Positions 37,249 through 47,500 of a stretch of DNA of 64,000 nucleotides are shown here, piece after piece (position 1 is the stretch's first letter; each line of letters starts with the position of its first letter). A program made the position numbers and the translations under genes. The notes beneath the pieces were generated by a model, which was not told the DNA's origin, ran no database searches, and worked only from the letters and a program-made list of their open reading frames with translations. The stretch lies in assembly GCA_016875335.1 (NCBI GenBank), contig VGRO01000008.1:18-64017 (forward strand), written 5' to 3'. This DNA comes from Deltaproteobacteria bacterium. Lineage in GTDB: Bacteria > Myxococcota_A > UBA9042.

Positions 37249-38658
37249 GTGACGCCCGCCCGCCCAGGTCCGCTGCCGCCGGTCTTGCAGCGCTATGTGT
37301 TCTCCTGGGAGACCATGCACACGATCATCGGTGGCCGGTCGGCCATCGACCTGTCGCACCTGCGCATGGCGGGCAGCGGCGTGCACGAGGCCTATCGGTT
37401 CCTGGCGCGCTACGGCTACGACCTGAACGACCCCGGCCACGCCCGCGACGTTGAGCACATCCGCGTCGAGGCCCTGGGCTTTGTGCGCGGCGTGCTGCTG
37501 CCCGGGCTCGACGGCGTGCAGGTGCCCGAATCGTTCGACACCCTGCCCGTGCTCGAACTACTGTGCCTCGCCGCAGGCGACGGTCGGCCCGAGGGCGCCT
37601 CGGCGTCGGATCTGCGCGTGTTCGACCTGAACATGGCGTGGGCGTGCGCCGTGCTGCGGGTGATGCACACCATCGCCCACGCCGCCAACTACTTCCAGGC
37701 CAACTACTACAAGGAGATCCGCGCCCGCATCTTGGACCGCTTCGTGGCCCAGGTGCGCACCTACCCGGACGGCAGCCAGTACCTGCACGCCAAGAGCTTC
37801 GATGTGCCGCTGGTGCGCTTCGAGGTCAAGGAGGCCAAACCGCTGCGCAGCATGGTCATCAAGCTGCTCCAGAAGCAAGAGAACGTCGCCTACGACATGT
37901 TCGACCACATCGGCGTGCGCATCATCGTCGGGTCGCCGGTGGACGCGCTGTTCGCGGTGCGCGCCCTGCGCGAAGAGCACACCATCATGTACCCGAACAT
38001 CAAACCGACGCGGTCGCGCAACACGCTGCTGGACCTCGAGGCCTACGATGCCCACGTCCGCGCGTGCCTGCTGCGCTATACCGCTGGCGAGACCGACGAA
38101 TTCGACTGCGTCCGCGAGATCCATGCCTTCAGTTGCACGCCCACCGACAACGACGCCCAGACCGAGTGGAATCCGTACAGCAGCGACAAGTACCGGTCGA
38201 TCCAGTTCACCTGCCGGCAGATGATCCGCTTTGAGAACCCACTGCACGCCCGCCTGACCGCGGCGCAGGCCGTGGCCCGCAAACACCTGCATGGCGAAGG
38301 GCTGCGCGAGATGCTGGAGACCCTGAGCCTGTCGGGCATTGAGCCGCACATCGAGTTCTTTTTTCCGTACGAAGTGCAGGTCATGGACATCGCGTCGTAC
38401 CGCGCCGCCACCGAGGGCCGCGCGAGCTACGCCGAATACAAGGCCCGCCAGATCGCCAGCGTGCGCCAGCGCGTGATGCCGCGGGTCTTGCAACTGTTGG
38501 GGCGATCGGAGGGGCCGGCCACTGGGCGCGTCGGGGCCGTCGGCAAGGCTGGGGCGCGGGTGCCGAGCAGCGCCCGACCGCTGGCCGCCACCGGCCTGTT
38601 GCCCATGACCTCGCTGGAAGAGTTGCAGTCGCTCATCGCCTCGCGCGAATTGTCGTAG
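37249..38658 (+). CDS. TIGR04552-like protein with a RelA/SpoT-type nucleotidyltransferase core
   Basis: KEAKPLRSMVIKLLQK, FDHIGVRII, YRSIQFT and EVQVMD match the order of RelA/SpoT synthetase motifs. The family name is recalled, not searched. Confidence 0.72.
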   Translation: MTPARPGPLPPVLQRYVFSWETMHTIIGGRSAIDLSHLRMAGSGVHEAYRFLARYGYDLNDPGHARDVEHIRVEALGFVRGVLLPGLDGVQVPESFDTLPVLELLCLAAGDGRPEGASASDLRVFDLNMAWACAVLRVMHTIAHAANYFQANYYKEIRARILDRFVAQVRTYPDGSQYLHAKSFDVPLVRFEVKEAKPLRSMVIKLLQKQENVAYDMFDHIGVRIIVGSPVDALFAVRALREEHTIMYPNIKPTRSRNTLLDLEAYDAHVRACLLRYTAGETDEFDCVREIHAFSCTPTDNDAQTEWNPYSSDKYRSIQFTCRQMIRFENPLHARLTAAQAVARKHLHGEGLREMLETLSLSGIEPHIEFFFPYEVQVMDIASYRAATEGRASYAEYKARQIASVRQRVMPRVLQLLGRSEGPATGRVGAVGKAGARVPSSARPLAATGLLPMTSLEELQSLIASRELS

Positions 38659-38667
38659 ACCCAACCC

Positions 38668-39462
38668 GTGGACACGGCCAACGAGGTGCTGGGCGCCATC
38701 GGCCACGGCCAGGCGCCCGATGCGTGGCTGCAGCCCATCGGGTCCACGACCCTGCGACTGCTGGACCTGTCCGGGCCCGCGGCAGGGCTCGCCGACTACG
38801 CGCTGGCCGGTCGCGCCATGGACGCGCTGGTGACCAGGCCTGTCGAGGCGCCCGACGTGCTCTTGCTCCTGCAACACCCGCCCGTAGCGACGATCGGCCG
38901 GCGCGGCGGTCGCGACAACCTGCGCGACACCGCCTGGCGCGACGACGCCGGCCAGACCACCCACATCGAGGTGCACGAAGTGGCGCGCGGCGGCAACGTG
39001 ACCATGCACGCCCCGGGGCAACTGGTCGGCTACCCGATCGCTCAGTTGCCGCGTCTGCAGGCGCCCATCGGCCGCGGATCGATCGGCGACCTGCCGGCGT
39101 ACGTGCGCAGCCTGCAAGACGCGATCATCGCCACCTGTGACCAATTCGGTGTGCAGGCCCAGGCCCGGCCGGGCTTTCCCGGGGTGTGGTGCGGGCCGCG
39201 CGACAAGCTGGCCAGCATCGGCGTCGGCGTGCGCAAGGGCTGGTCCTTCCACGGGTTCGCGCTGAACGTCGATCCCGCGCTCGGCCTGTTCGGGCTGATG
39301 ACGCCGTGCGGCCTGGACGGGGTCCGGCTGACTTCGCTTGGCGAGCAACTGCGGGCCCGCGGTGCGGCAGTGCCCGAACTGGCACTGGTGGCGGCGGATT
39401 TGGCGGTGCGCCTGGGCGATCGGTTGGGTCGCGTCAGCCCCGCGGCGCCGGTGGATCGTTGA
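38668..39462 (+). CDS. lipB: Lipoyl(octanoyl) transferase
   Basis: LQHPPVATIGRRG, RGGNVTMHAPGQLVGYP, KLASIG, HGFALN and TPCG. Confidence 0.92.
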   Translation: MDTANEVLGAIGHGQAPDAWLQPIGSTTLRLLDLSGPAAGLADYALAGRAMDALVTRPVEAPDVLLLLQHPPVATIGRRGGRDNLRDTAWRDDAGQTTHIEVHEVARGGNVTMHAPGQLVGYPIAQLPRLQAPIGRGSIGDLPAYVRSLQDAIIATCDQFGVQAQARPGFPGVWCGPRDKLASIGVGVRKGWSFHGFALNVDPALGLFGLMTPCGLDGVRLTSLGEQLRARGAAVPELALVAADLAVRLGDRLGRVSPAAPVDR

Positions 39463-40390
39463 CGCGGGCTTCGACGATGGTCAGCGAGCGGCGCTTGACC
39501 TGTTGGTAGATGCGGCCCAGGTACTCGCCGATGACCCCGAGGAAAAGCGCGTTCAGGCTCAGCGACAACAAGATGAGCACCGTCAGCGTCGCAAAGCCCG
39601 CCGGCCACGCGCCGCCATACAGCAATCGGCCGATCACGGTGGCGACGAGCATCCCCAGCGTCAGCAGCGATACCGCCAGGCCGGTGTAGGTCGCGAGGCG
39701 CAGGGGCACCACGCTGTGGTTCAAGATGCCGTCCACGGCCAGGGCGACCAGCTTTGACAATGGGAACTTGCTCTCGCCGTGGCGCCGCTCGCTGCGGTCG
39801 TAGGGGATGCCTACCTGCTCGAACCCCATGGCGGCGATCGCTCCGCGCAAATACGGGTGGTAGTCCTCCATGCGGCCCAGTTCGTCGATGACGCAGCGGT
39901 CCACCAACCGGAAGTCGCCAGCGTCGAGCGGCAACCGCGTGTCGCTCAAACGGTCGATCAGCCGATAGAACGCCTGGCGCAGCACCGTGATGAGCCAGCC
40001 CTCCTTGCGGCTGCGGCGCACCCCATACACCACCTTGGCGCCGGCCTGCCAGCGCTGCACGAACTGCACGATGAGCGCGGGCGGGTCCTGCAGGTCGCAG
40101 TCGATCTGGATCGCCGCGTCACCGCGGGCGTTGAGGTAGCCGCACAGGATCGAGCGCTGAAAACCAAAGTTGCGCGAGAAGCGCAACACGCGCACCCGCG
40201 GATCGACGGCGCCGCGGGCCTGCAGCTTTTCAAAGGTCGCGTCTTCGCTGTGGTTGTCGGTGAACAACAGTTCGACGTCGTAGCTCGCCTGCAGCTCGGC
40301 GAGCACCGGGGCGAGCGCCGCGAAAAGCGGTTCGATGTTGGGCGCCTCGTTGTAGACCGGCACCAGGATCGTCAGCATCTTGCGGGTCAT
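39434..40390 (-). CDS. GT2 polyprenyl-phosphate glycosyltransferase (GtrB/ArnC-like)
   Basis: ILVPVYNEAPNI, FSRNFG, IDCDLQDPP, GDFRLVDR, GESK, two C-terminal TMs and GVIGEYLGRIY. Confidence 0.92.
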   Translation of the reverse strand: MTRKMLTILVPVYNEAPNIEPLFAALAPVLAELQASYDVELLFTDNHSEDATFEKLQARGAVDPRVRVLRFSRNFGFQRSILCGYLNARGDAAIQIDCDLQDPPALIVQFVQRWQAGAKVVYGVRRSRKEGWLITVLRQAFYRLIDRLSDTRLPLDAGDFRLVDRCVIDELGRMEDYHPYLRGAIAAMGFEQVGIPYDRSERRHGESKFPLSKLVALAVDGILNHSVVPLRLATYTGLAVSLLTLGMLVATVIGRLLYGGAWPAGFATLTVLILLSLSLNALFLGVIGEYLGRIYQQVKRRSLTIVEARVNDPPAPRG

Positions 40391-41046
40391 GGCCGCCGCC
40401 CCCACGCCAGGTATTGGGCCCCCAACGGCAGGTGCCGCACGTGGCGCTCCAGCGGCAACAGGCGGCCGAGCGCGGGCGGCACGCAAGCCAGGTACTCGAT
40501 GCGAACCCCCTGCAGGCCCGCCGTCTGCAAGAGCGCGGTCGTTTCGCGCGGCCACAACAGCACGGCGTCGTCGTCGAAGGCGCAGTGCGCGACGACCCAG
40601 CGCGTCGCCGGGTTCAGCGGATTGTGTTCGAACACCAGCAAGCGGCCGCCGGGCGCCAGCCGACCCGCGAGGTCCGCCACCAGCCCGTCGCGCTGTGCCG
40701 GCGGCACATGGTGCAGCACGTTGCTGACCACCACCGCCGCGAATTCGCCGCCCACCGCGGTCTTGTCGCTGGTCCAGGCCGCCCTGCTGCGCAAGGGCTC
40801 AGCGATGCCGTCCAGGCACGGCTGCGACACGTCGAAGCCGACCAGCGTGGCTCGCGGCAGGTGGTCGAGCAGCGCTCTCGCCAACAAGCCGACGCCGCAG
40901 CCATAGTCCAGCACGCGGCCGGCAAAGCCGACGCCGAGCACATCGGTCGCCGCCAGCGCCTTGACGCGGGCGAAGTATGCGGCGGAGCCGACCGATTCGT
41001 CGAGCACGCTCTGGTAGTCGCCGGCGAAGCGGTCAAACTGCGCCAT
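40387..41046 (-). CDS. Class I SAM-dependent methyltransferase
   Basis: VLDYGCGVG, VGFDVS, NVLHHV and LAPGGRLLVFEHNP. Start ATG 41046. Confidence 0.88.
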   Translation of the reverse strand: MAQFDRFAGDYQSVLDESVGSAAYFARVKALAATDVLGVGFAGRVLDYGCGVGLLARALLDHLPRATLVGFDVSQPCLDGIAEPLRSRAAWTSDKTAVGGEFAAVVVSNVLHHVPPAQRDGLVADLAGRLAPGGRLLVFEHNPLNPATRWVVAHCAFDDDAVLLWPRETTALLQTAGLQGVRIEYLACVPPALGRLLPLERHVRHLPLGAQYLAWGRRP

Positions 41047-41962
41047 TGCGCCTCCGCACATGCCCGGCGACGCGCAAAAGACCGTCGTCGAGCGACATCC
41101 GCGGCTGCCACCCGGTCGCTGCGACAAGGCGTCCCGGGTTGCCGACCAGGACCTCGGGTTCGTCGCCGCGCTGCGGCAGCGCACCCCAGCCGAGCTTTTG
41201 CCGATCGGCGCCCAAGAGATCCGCCAGCCGACCGGCCACCGCCCGCACCGACAGGCCGACCCCGCTGCACACGTGGTACACCGCGTCGGCCGGCAGGTCG
41301 GCGTCCAGCGCCGCGGCAAACGCCGCGCCGACGTCGTCTTCGAAGGTCCAGTCGCGGATCTGCTCACCCGACGTCAACGGCGCCGTCTGGCCCTGCAGCA
41401 GGCATCGACACAGGTGTGGCACCAGCCGATCGGGTCGTTCGCCGGGACCATAGACCCCAAAAAGCCGCAGGACCGCCACTGGTATCCGCCACGCGCGCCC
41501 CAAGCCGAGCGCCAGCACCGTCGCCGCCGCCTTGGCGCTGCCATAGTCCGAGATGGGGCGCAGCGGCAGCGACTCGTCGGCCGGCGCTGGACCCGGATCT
41601 CCCAATTCCGCCACGCTGCCTGCGCACAGCACGCGCTTGACCGACGGCCACGACCGCGCCGCAGCCAGCACCGAGGCCGTCAATGCCACATTGCCGTGCA
41701 CCAGCGCCAGCGCATCGCGATCGCTCGCCCGCACGCCGCTGCCGGCCAGGTGGACCACGGCCGTGGGCGACCACGGTGCGATGTCGCGTGTCAACTGCGC
41801 CGGATCGTCCAGGCGCGTCGGCACCCAGATCACTTCGCCGCGGGCCTGCGTGACCGGCAACTGTCGGACCGGGCACACGACCCTCCAGCCGTCACCGCAC
41901 AACGCCCGCGCGACGGCCGGGCCCAACTGGCCGGTGCCGCCGGTCACGACCGCCGTGCGCAC
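41033..41962 (-). CDS. NAD-dependent epimerase/dehydratase (probable CDP-4-keto-6-deoxysugar reductase)
   Basis: VTGGTGQLG, YGSAK (YxxxK), LRLFGVYGPGE and RDWTFEDDV; lies directly downstream of rfbG. Confidence 0.85.
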   Translation of the reverse strand: MRTAVVTGGTGQLGPAVARALCGDGWRVVCPVRQLPVTQARGEVIWVPTRLDDPAQLTRDIAPWSPTAVVHLAGSGVRASDRDALALVHGNVALTASVLAAARSWPSVKRVLCAGSVAELGDPGPAPADESLPLRPISDYGSAKAAATVLALGLGRAWRIPVAVLRLFGVYGPGERPDRLVPHLCRCLLQGQTAPLTSGEQIRDWTFEDDVGAAFAAALDADLPADAVYHVCSGVGLSVRAVAGRLADLLGADRQKLGWGALPQRGDEPEVLVGNPGRLVAATGWQPRMSLDDGLLRVAGHVRRRNGAV

Positions 41963-41968
41963 GCCGGC

Positions 41969-43030
41969 CTACCCGATCGCCTGATAGCGGCGGATCTGGT
42001 CGATCGTCCGTTCGCGCATCTGGCCCGGATCGGTGGCAAACTGGCGGTACCATTGGGCAGTCCACGCCAGCGCCTCGGCCAGCCCCAGGCGCGGCCGCCA
42101 GTTCAGGCGCGCGCGGGCCAGGCTGGCGTCCAGCCGCAAAAGCCCCGCCTCGTGGGGACCTTCGGCCACTTTGGCCACCTCGAGCTGCGCGCCCGGCCAC
42201 ACAGCCTGCAAGAGCTGCGCCACCCGCAGCACGGGCAGTTCGCTCTCGGCCGCGGGCCCGAAGTTGAAGGCCTGCGCACAAGCGGCGCCCTCGACCCACA
42301 AGCGCTCGGCCAGCAGCAGGTAGCCGGCCAACGGTTCAAGCACATGCTGCCACGGGCGCACCGCCGCGGGCCGGCGCACCAGGGCAGGTTCGCCGCGCAA
42401 GAACGCTCCCACGAGATCGGGGACCAGCCGATCCGTCGCCCAGTCGCCGCCGCCGAACACGTTGCCGGCGCGCGCGCTGGCGATCCACGGGCCTTTGGCG
42501 CAAAAGCTGTGCCGCCAGGCGGCGGTCACCAACTCGGCGCAGCCCTTGCTCGCGCTGTAGGGGTCGCGTCCGCCCATGGGCTCGGGCTCGCGGTAGCCCC
42601 ACGGCCACTCGCGGTTGTCGTAGCACTTGTCGCTGGTCACCACCACGACGGCCCGCACCGATGGGCAGCGGCGCGCCGCGTCGAGCACGTGGACGGTGCC
42701 CATGACGTTGCTGCCAAAAGTGTACACCGGGTCGGCGTAGGACGGCCGCACCAGTGCCTGGGCTGCCAGATGCAGCACCACCTCGGGCCGACTGGCGGCG
42801 AATGCGGCATCGACGGTTGCCGGATCGCGCACGTCGCCGCGATGGTCTGTGAGGTCGCGCGCGACACCCGCCAGCTCGAAAAGACTCGGCGTGGTCGGAG
42901 GGGCCAGGGCAAGCCCGGCAACCTCGGCGCCCAATTCGCGCAGCCACAGCGCCAGCCACGCGCCCTTGAAGCCGGTGTGACCGGTCAACAGCACGCGCCG
43001 GCCGGCCCACAGCGCCGGATCGGGCAGCAT
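41969..43030 (-). CDS. rfbG: CDP-glucose 4,6-dehydratase
   Basis: VLLTGHTGFKGAWL, HLAAQALVR, TSDKCY, DPYSASKG, RAGNVFGGGDW and RPWQHVLEPL. Confidence 0.96.
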   Translation of the reverse strand: MLPDPALWAGRRVLLTGHTGFKGAWLALWLRELGAEVAGLALAPPTTPSLFELAGVARDLTDHRGDVRDPATVDAAFAASRPEVVLHLAAQALVRPSYADPVYTFGSNVMGTVHVLDAARRCPSVRAVVVVTSDKCYDNREWPWGYREPEPMGGRDPYSASKGCAELVTAAWRHSFCAKGPWIASARAGNVFGGGDWATDRLVPDLVGAFLRGEPALVRRPAAVRPWQHVLEPLAGYLLLAERLWVEGAACAQAFNFGPAAESELPVLRVAQLLQAVWPGAQLEVAKVAEGPHEAGLLRLDASLARARLNWRPRLGLAEALAWTAQWYRQFATDPGQMRERTIDQIRRYQAIG

Positions 43031-43797
43031 CACCACACCTTCCACGGGGCGCTGCCCGCCTGCCACAGCGCTTCGAGGTGTCGCTTGTCGCGCAAGGTGT
43101 CCATCGGCTGCCAGAAGCCGTCGTGGGTGTAGGCGGCCAGTTGCCCGTCGGCGGCGAGGTCGCGTAGCGGCGCCTCTTCCCAACTGGTCTGGTCACCTTC
43201 GATGTAGTCGAGCACGGCCGGTTCGAGCACGAAGAAGCCGCCGTTGATCCAGCTGGCGTCGCCGCGCGGCTTCTCGACGAACCGCGTCACGTCACCGTCG
43301 GTCAGGTGCAGCGCACCAAACCGGCCGGGGGGCTGCACGGCGGTCAATGTGGCGAGGCGTCCCTTGGCGCGGTGGGTGCGCAACAGCGCCGCGAGGTCGA
43401 TGTCGGCGACGCCGTCGCCATACGTCATGCAGAACGTCTCGTCGCCGAGGTAGCGAGCGACGCGCTTGAGGCGCCCGCCGGTCAGCGTGTCGGCGCCGGT
43501 GTCGACCAAGGTCACTTTCCAGGGTTCGGCCTTGGCCTGGTGGACCTCGACGGCGTTGCGGGCGAGGTCAAACGTGACGTCGGCGGTGTGCAGAAAGTAG
43601 TTGGCGAAGAACTCCTTGATAAGGTATCCCTTGTAGCCAAGGCACACCACGAATTCGCAGATGCCGTGTGCCGCGTAGATCTTGCAGATGTGCCACAGGA
43701 TCGGCCGGCCGCCGATGTCGACCAGCGGCTTGGGCAGATGGGCGGTTTCTTCGCTCAGCCGCGTGCCCAGTCCACCTGCCAGAATCACAGCTTTCAT
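43030..43797 (-). CDS. rfbF: Glucose-1-phosphate cytidylyltransferase
   Basis: [41 protein letters not shown] and [12 protein letters not shown]. Confidence 0.97.
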   Translation of the reverse strand: MKAVILAGGLGTRLSEETAHLPKPLVDIGGRPILWHICKIYAAHGICEFVVCLGYKGYLIKEFFANYFLHTADVTFDLARNAVEVHQAKAEPWKVTLVDTGADTLTGGRLKRVARYLGDETFCMTYGDGVADIDLAALLRTHRAKGRLATLTAVQPPGRFGALHLTDGDVTRFVEKPRGDASWINGGFFVLEPAVLDYIEGDQTSWEEAPLRDLAADGQLAAYTHDGFWQPMDTLRDKRHLEALWQAGSAPWKVW

Positions 43798-43830
43798 GTT
43801 CGCGCAATCCGCCGCTGCCCGGGGCCGGCA

Positions 43831-43860
43831 AGCATAGCCGCGGCGGCCTCAGGGCGGCAA
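43831..43860 (-). promoter_or_regulatory. sigmaA promoter of the CDP-sugar operon
   Basis: Minus strand TTGCCG-18 nt-TATGCT, 33 nt before the rfbF ATG. Confidence 0.55.
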
Positions 43861-43917
43861 CGGGCCGGCGATCCCGGCTTGCATTGCGTTGACCGGGGCG
43901 GCCCGCTGGCCGCGCGG

Positions 43918-44324
43918 CTACATGGGTGGGTACGCCTGGTGCTGGGTGCCGGCCTCGCCGATGGCGTGCCACGGGACCTTGCTGCGCACGAAAAGGTGCT
44001 CGATCGGCCGCTCGCTGCCCACAGCGTCGCCGTCCACCGCGCCGCATGCGACGTAGGGCGGGATGCCGGGTGCCACCGTGACCTGGCCCCACAGGAAGGT
44101 GTGGCAGGTGCCACAGTGGTTGCGCACGTACGTGCCGCTGACGTTGTAGGGCGCCACCTTGTCGGCCCCCTGCGTGACCTCGAAGCCCTGCGCGCCGACG
44201 ACGGCCTGGAAGGCTCCGCCCGAGATCTTGCGGCAATACGCGCAGTAGCACTTGTAGACGGCCGGCAAAAAAGGGCGTCGGCCTTGAACTGGACCGCGCC
44301 GCACTGACAACTTCCCGTGATCAT
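43918..44324 (-). pseudogene. GFA/CENP-V family Zn-binding protein, frameshifted in a T6 run
   Basis: MITGSCQCGAVQF lies in one frame and KCYCAYCRKISG...HCGTCHT...HLFVRSKVPW in another. The frames switch at A44267-44272; one extra T restores a 135 aa ORF. Confidence 0.8.
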
Positions 44325-44410
44325 GTTCCACCCCTGCCCGCCGGGTCGTTGTGGGTCGGCGGCCAAGCGCAGTGTGGCCCAGGGTTGCGAGGGGCGCAAT
44401 CCGACGGATG

Positions 44411-44427
44411 TGTTGAAATACGCAACA
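44411..44427. promoter_or_regulatory. Palindromic candidate enhancer (bEBP) site TGTTG-N7-CAACA
   Basis: Perfect 5 bp inverted repeat about 82 nt upstream of the sigma54 motif, separated from it by an AT-rich stretch. Confidence 0.45.
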
Positions 44428-44508
44428 TGAAGAAAGAACGCGCATTCGCGGCCCGTGCGCCGTACGTTGCGCCCATGGAATTCCATACATTTTCTCTACA
44501 CGGCCGGG

Positions 44509-44525
44509 TTGGCACAGTCCTTGCA
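44509..44525 (+). promoter_or_regulatory. sigma54 (-24/-12) promoter
   Basis: TTGGCACAGTCCTTGCA: GG and GC are separated by exactly 10 nt; lies 50 nt before ATG 44575, which has a GAGGAG RBS. Confidence 0.82.
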
Positions 44526-44574
44526 CTTTCTGCTGGCGGCCCTACCTTCATGGCGACGGGCGAGGAGACACACC

Positions 44575-47500
44575 ATGCACAACAATTTCTCAACGTGGCG
44601 CACCTGGCAATGGAGCCTGGTCGCTGCACTCAGCCTTGCCGGCATCGCCTGCGAGGATGGCGCCGCGCCGCCCGCAACCCCGAGCAGCAGCGCGGAGTTC
44701 AAATCTTTCAAACCGGCCGGCAAAGGCGGAGGCGGCAAGTCGGCTGCGCTCGGCGGCGAAGCGGCCACCGGTGCTGCAGCCAACAACAAGGCAGGGCAGA
44801 CCGCCGCGCCCAAGGTCGAAGCCGGCGATGTCGCCAAGCTCAAGGGCACGACGCTGTACATCCTCAACCAGTGGCGGGGCTTGCAGGTCGTCGACGTCGC
44901 CAAGCCGGCGGCGCCCAAACTGGTGGCCAAGGTGCCCATGGTCGGCCAGCCGAGCGAGATGTACGTCGACGCCAACGAAGCAATCGCCCTGGTCACCCAG
45001 GTCGCCGAGTTGACCGACGACGCCGGCAAACCGGTGGCCAAGTCGGGCAGCGTGGTGCGCCGGGTCGCGCTCGGCGCCCAGCCCAAGGAAGTCGCCGCCC
45101 TGGCCATCCCCGGCCAGATCGCGGCCAGCAAGCGCGTCGGCGACAAGCTGGTGTTGGTCGTGCCGCAGGTCAGTTGGAACCCCTGGTGGGGCGGCTGCTG
45201 GAGCCCCTACGGCTGCGCCGAAATGGCCGTTGGTGGCGCGGCGACCTCCGATGTCGCGGTCAGCAAGGGCGGCACCTCGGCAGGCGGCATGGCCTACCCC
45301 GGCTACTACGGCGGCGGCTACGCGGCGGACAAGACCAAGGTGGTGATCGTCGATCTCGCCGCCGCAGGCAAGCTGACGCAGGTCGGCGAGGTCGAGGTGC
45401 CGGGTGGCGTGCTGACGGCGTCGATCGAAGCCGGCGAGGTGCTGATCGCCAGCCAGAACTACGTGTACGCCGACACGACCGGCACCATGCACGAACGGCT
45501 GGCGCAGGTCCTGCTGGACCCGGCCGGAAAGCCCAGCCTTGGCGCTGTGAACGACGTCAAGAACGTGTGGTCGGCCAACAGTTCGAGTTCGATGGTCCAG
45601 GCCGATCGCATCGGCGCCGGCCGCATGGCCGTGGTGCGCCAGACCTGGGGCGGCAGCGGCGGCTACACCCACGTCGTCGAAACCTGGCAGGCCGCCAGCG
45701 GCGCGTGGACCAAGACCGCCAGCCTCAGCAAGGCCGGGTTCAACGGCGTACGCTTTGTCGTCGAAGGGACCCAGGCCATCCTGGCCTACGGCGACCCGGT
45801 CAGCGCGAGCGGCGCGACCAACGACCCCGGCCAGGGCGGCGATCCCGACGACGGCACCCCCAAAGCGCAAAAGCTCCACCTCGACGTGCTGGACTTGGCG
45901 GCGCCGGCCACCATCGCGGTCGCCAGCAAGGCCACGCTCGACAATGGTGGCTACGACGTATGGGGCACACAGGTGCGACCGCTGGGCGCCGGCCTGTGGC
46001 TCATCGGTCACCGCGGCGCGTCGTGGAGCGATCTGCAGTTGGACGTGGTGAGCCTGCTCGACCCGGCCAAGCCGCAGTGGGTCGGCAAGCTCGGCCTCAA
46101 GAGCGACTATGGCCTGCAAGTCGAAACCCTGGCGCCCGACCTGTTGGCGGTGGCCGTCGTCGGCGCTCCGACCAAGGGCGGCACGGGCACCGGCGCGGAA
46201 CCGGCCCCGGGCAGCGGCGCGACCCCGGGCGTGCAGCTGATCTCGCTCGACAGCAAGGGCGGCCTCGCCAAGCGCGGCCTTTTCCAGAGCGACATCGTGT
46301 ACTGGTACCAACTCAAGAACCTGCTCGACGCCAAGACCCTCTACCGCATCCACAACGCCGCCCTGGAGACCGTGGACCTGGCCGACCTCGACAAGCCCAA
46401 GAAGCTCGGGGGCATCGACCTTGCCGCGGAAGTCGCGGAGGCCATCGTCGCTGGCGGCCGGCTGGTGGCGCTGGTCCAGGACTGGCAGAGCGGCACGTCT
46501 GAGCTGCGCGTGCTCAAGGCCGGCAGCAACGACGAACTCGACCCGGAGGGGACGCTGGCGCTGAACAACGGCTGGGGGCGGCTGTACGCCCACGGCAACC
46601 TGGTCTACCTGTCCGACGGCGGCTCGGTGCGCGTGTTCGACGTCACCGACCCCAAGGCGCCCAAGGCGCGCGGGACCTGGCAAACGCCGCAACAGACCTA
46701 CAAGCCCGAGGACAACGTGTGGTGGAACACCTACGAGCTGGCCCAGAACGGCGCCGTGCTCTACGCCACCACCACCCAGGTCAAGTACAAAGTGCAGACC
46801 GGCAAGGTGTGCGAAGGTGACGGCGGGTCCGGCGGCAGCTCCACCGGCTCCGCGGGCAGCGCGCCGAGTTCAGGCGGCGGTGCCCCCAAGCCGGCGACCG
46901 ATGCCGGATCGAGCGACCCCGGCGGTTCGGGCGGCGGCTCTGGCGGTGGTTCGGGCGGCGCCGACAGCCCCGATGGGGGCAGCACCCCCGACAAGCCGGA
47001 CAGCCCCGGCACCGACGGCCCCTACGTGCCGACCTGCTACACCGATCCCGTGTTCACGACCAAGGTGGTGGCCATCGACCTGACCAACCCCGACGCACCC
47101 AAGACCGGCGGCAGCGTCGAGCTCAAGGGCGCCTCATGGGTGCAGAACCCGCAGATGGCCGGCACCAAGACCCTGGCGCTCAGCCACTACAAGCAGTCGG
47201 TGGGCAAGGACGGCCAGTGGTTCGGCGAGTACTGGCTCGACCGCGTCGACACCTCGACCGCGGCCCAGCCCAAGCTCATCGACAGCACCAACATCCCCGG
47301 TTGGCTGGTCGGCATCGCCGCAGATGGCAAAAGCGCAGTGACGCTGGACTGGCAGCCCAAAGCCGGCAGCAAGCCCGAGGACAACAAGGTCGAAAACGTG
47401 CTGGTCGCGATCACCCTCGGCGGTGGCAAGGCCAAGATCGCCAAGCAGATTGCCATGCCCGACCAGGTGGGCGCGACGCTGCGCCACGGCGAAGCCGTCT

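Noticed and set aside
41033-43797. Abequose/paratose/tyvelose (3,6-dideoxyhexose) O-antigen cluster
   Set aside because: ddhC/ddhD (rfbH/rfbI), wzx/wzy and wzm/wzt are absent from the locus.
44255-44285. Programmed -1 ribosomal frameshift in the GFA gene
   Set aside because: C_CTT_TTT is not a canonical X_XXY_YYZ heptamer in the upstream frame, and T6 is short for transcriptional slippage; an indel is the simpler explanation.
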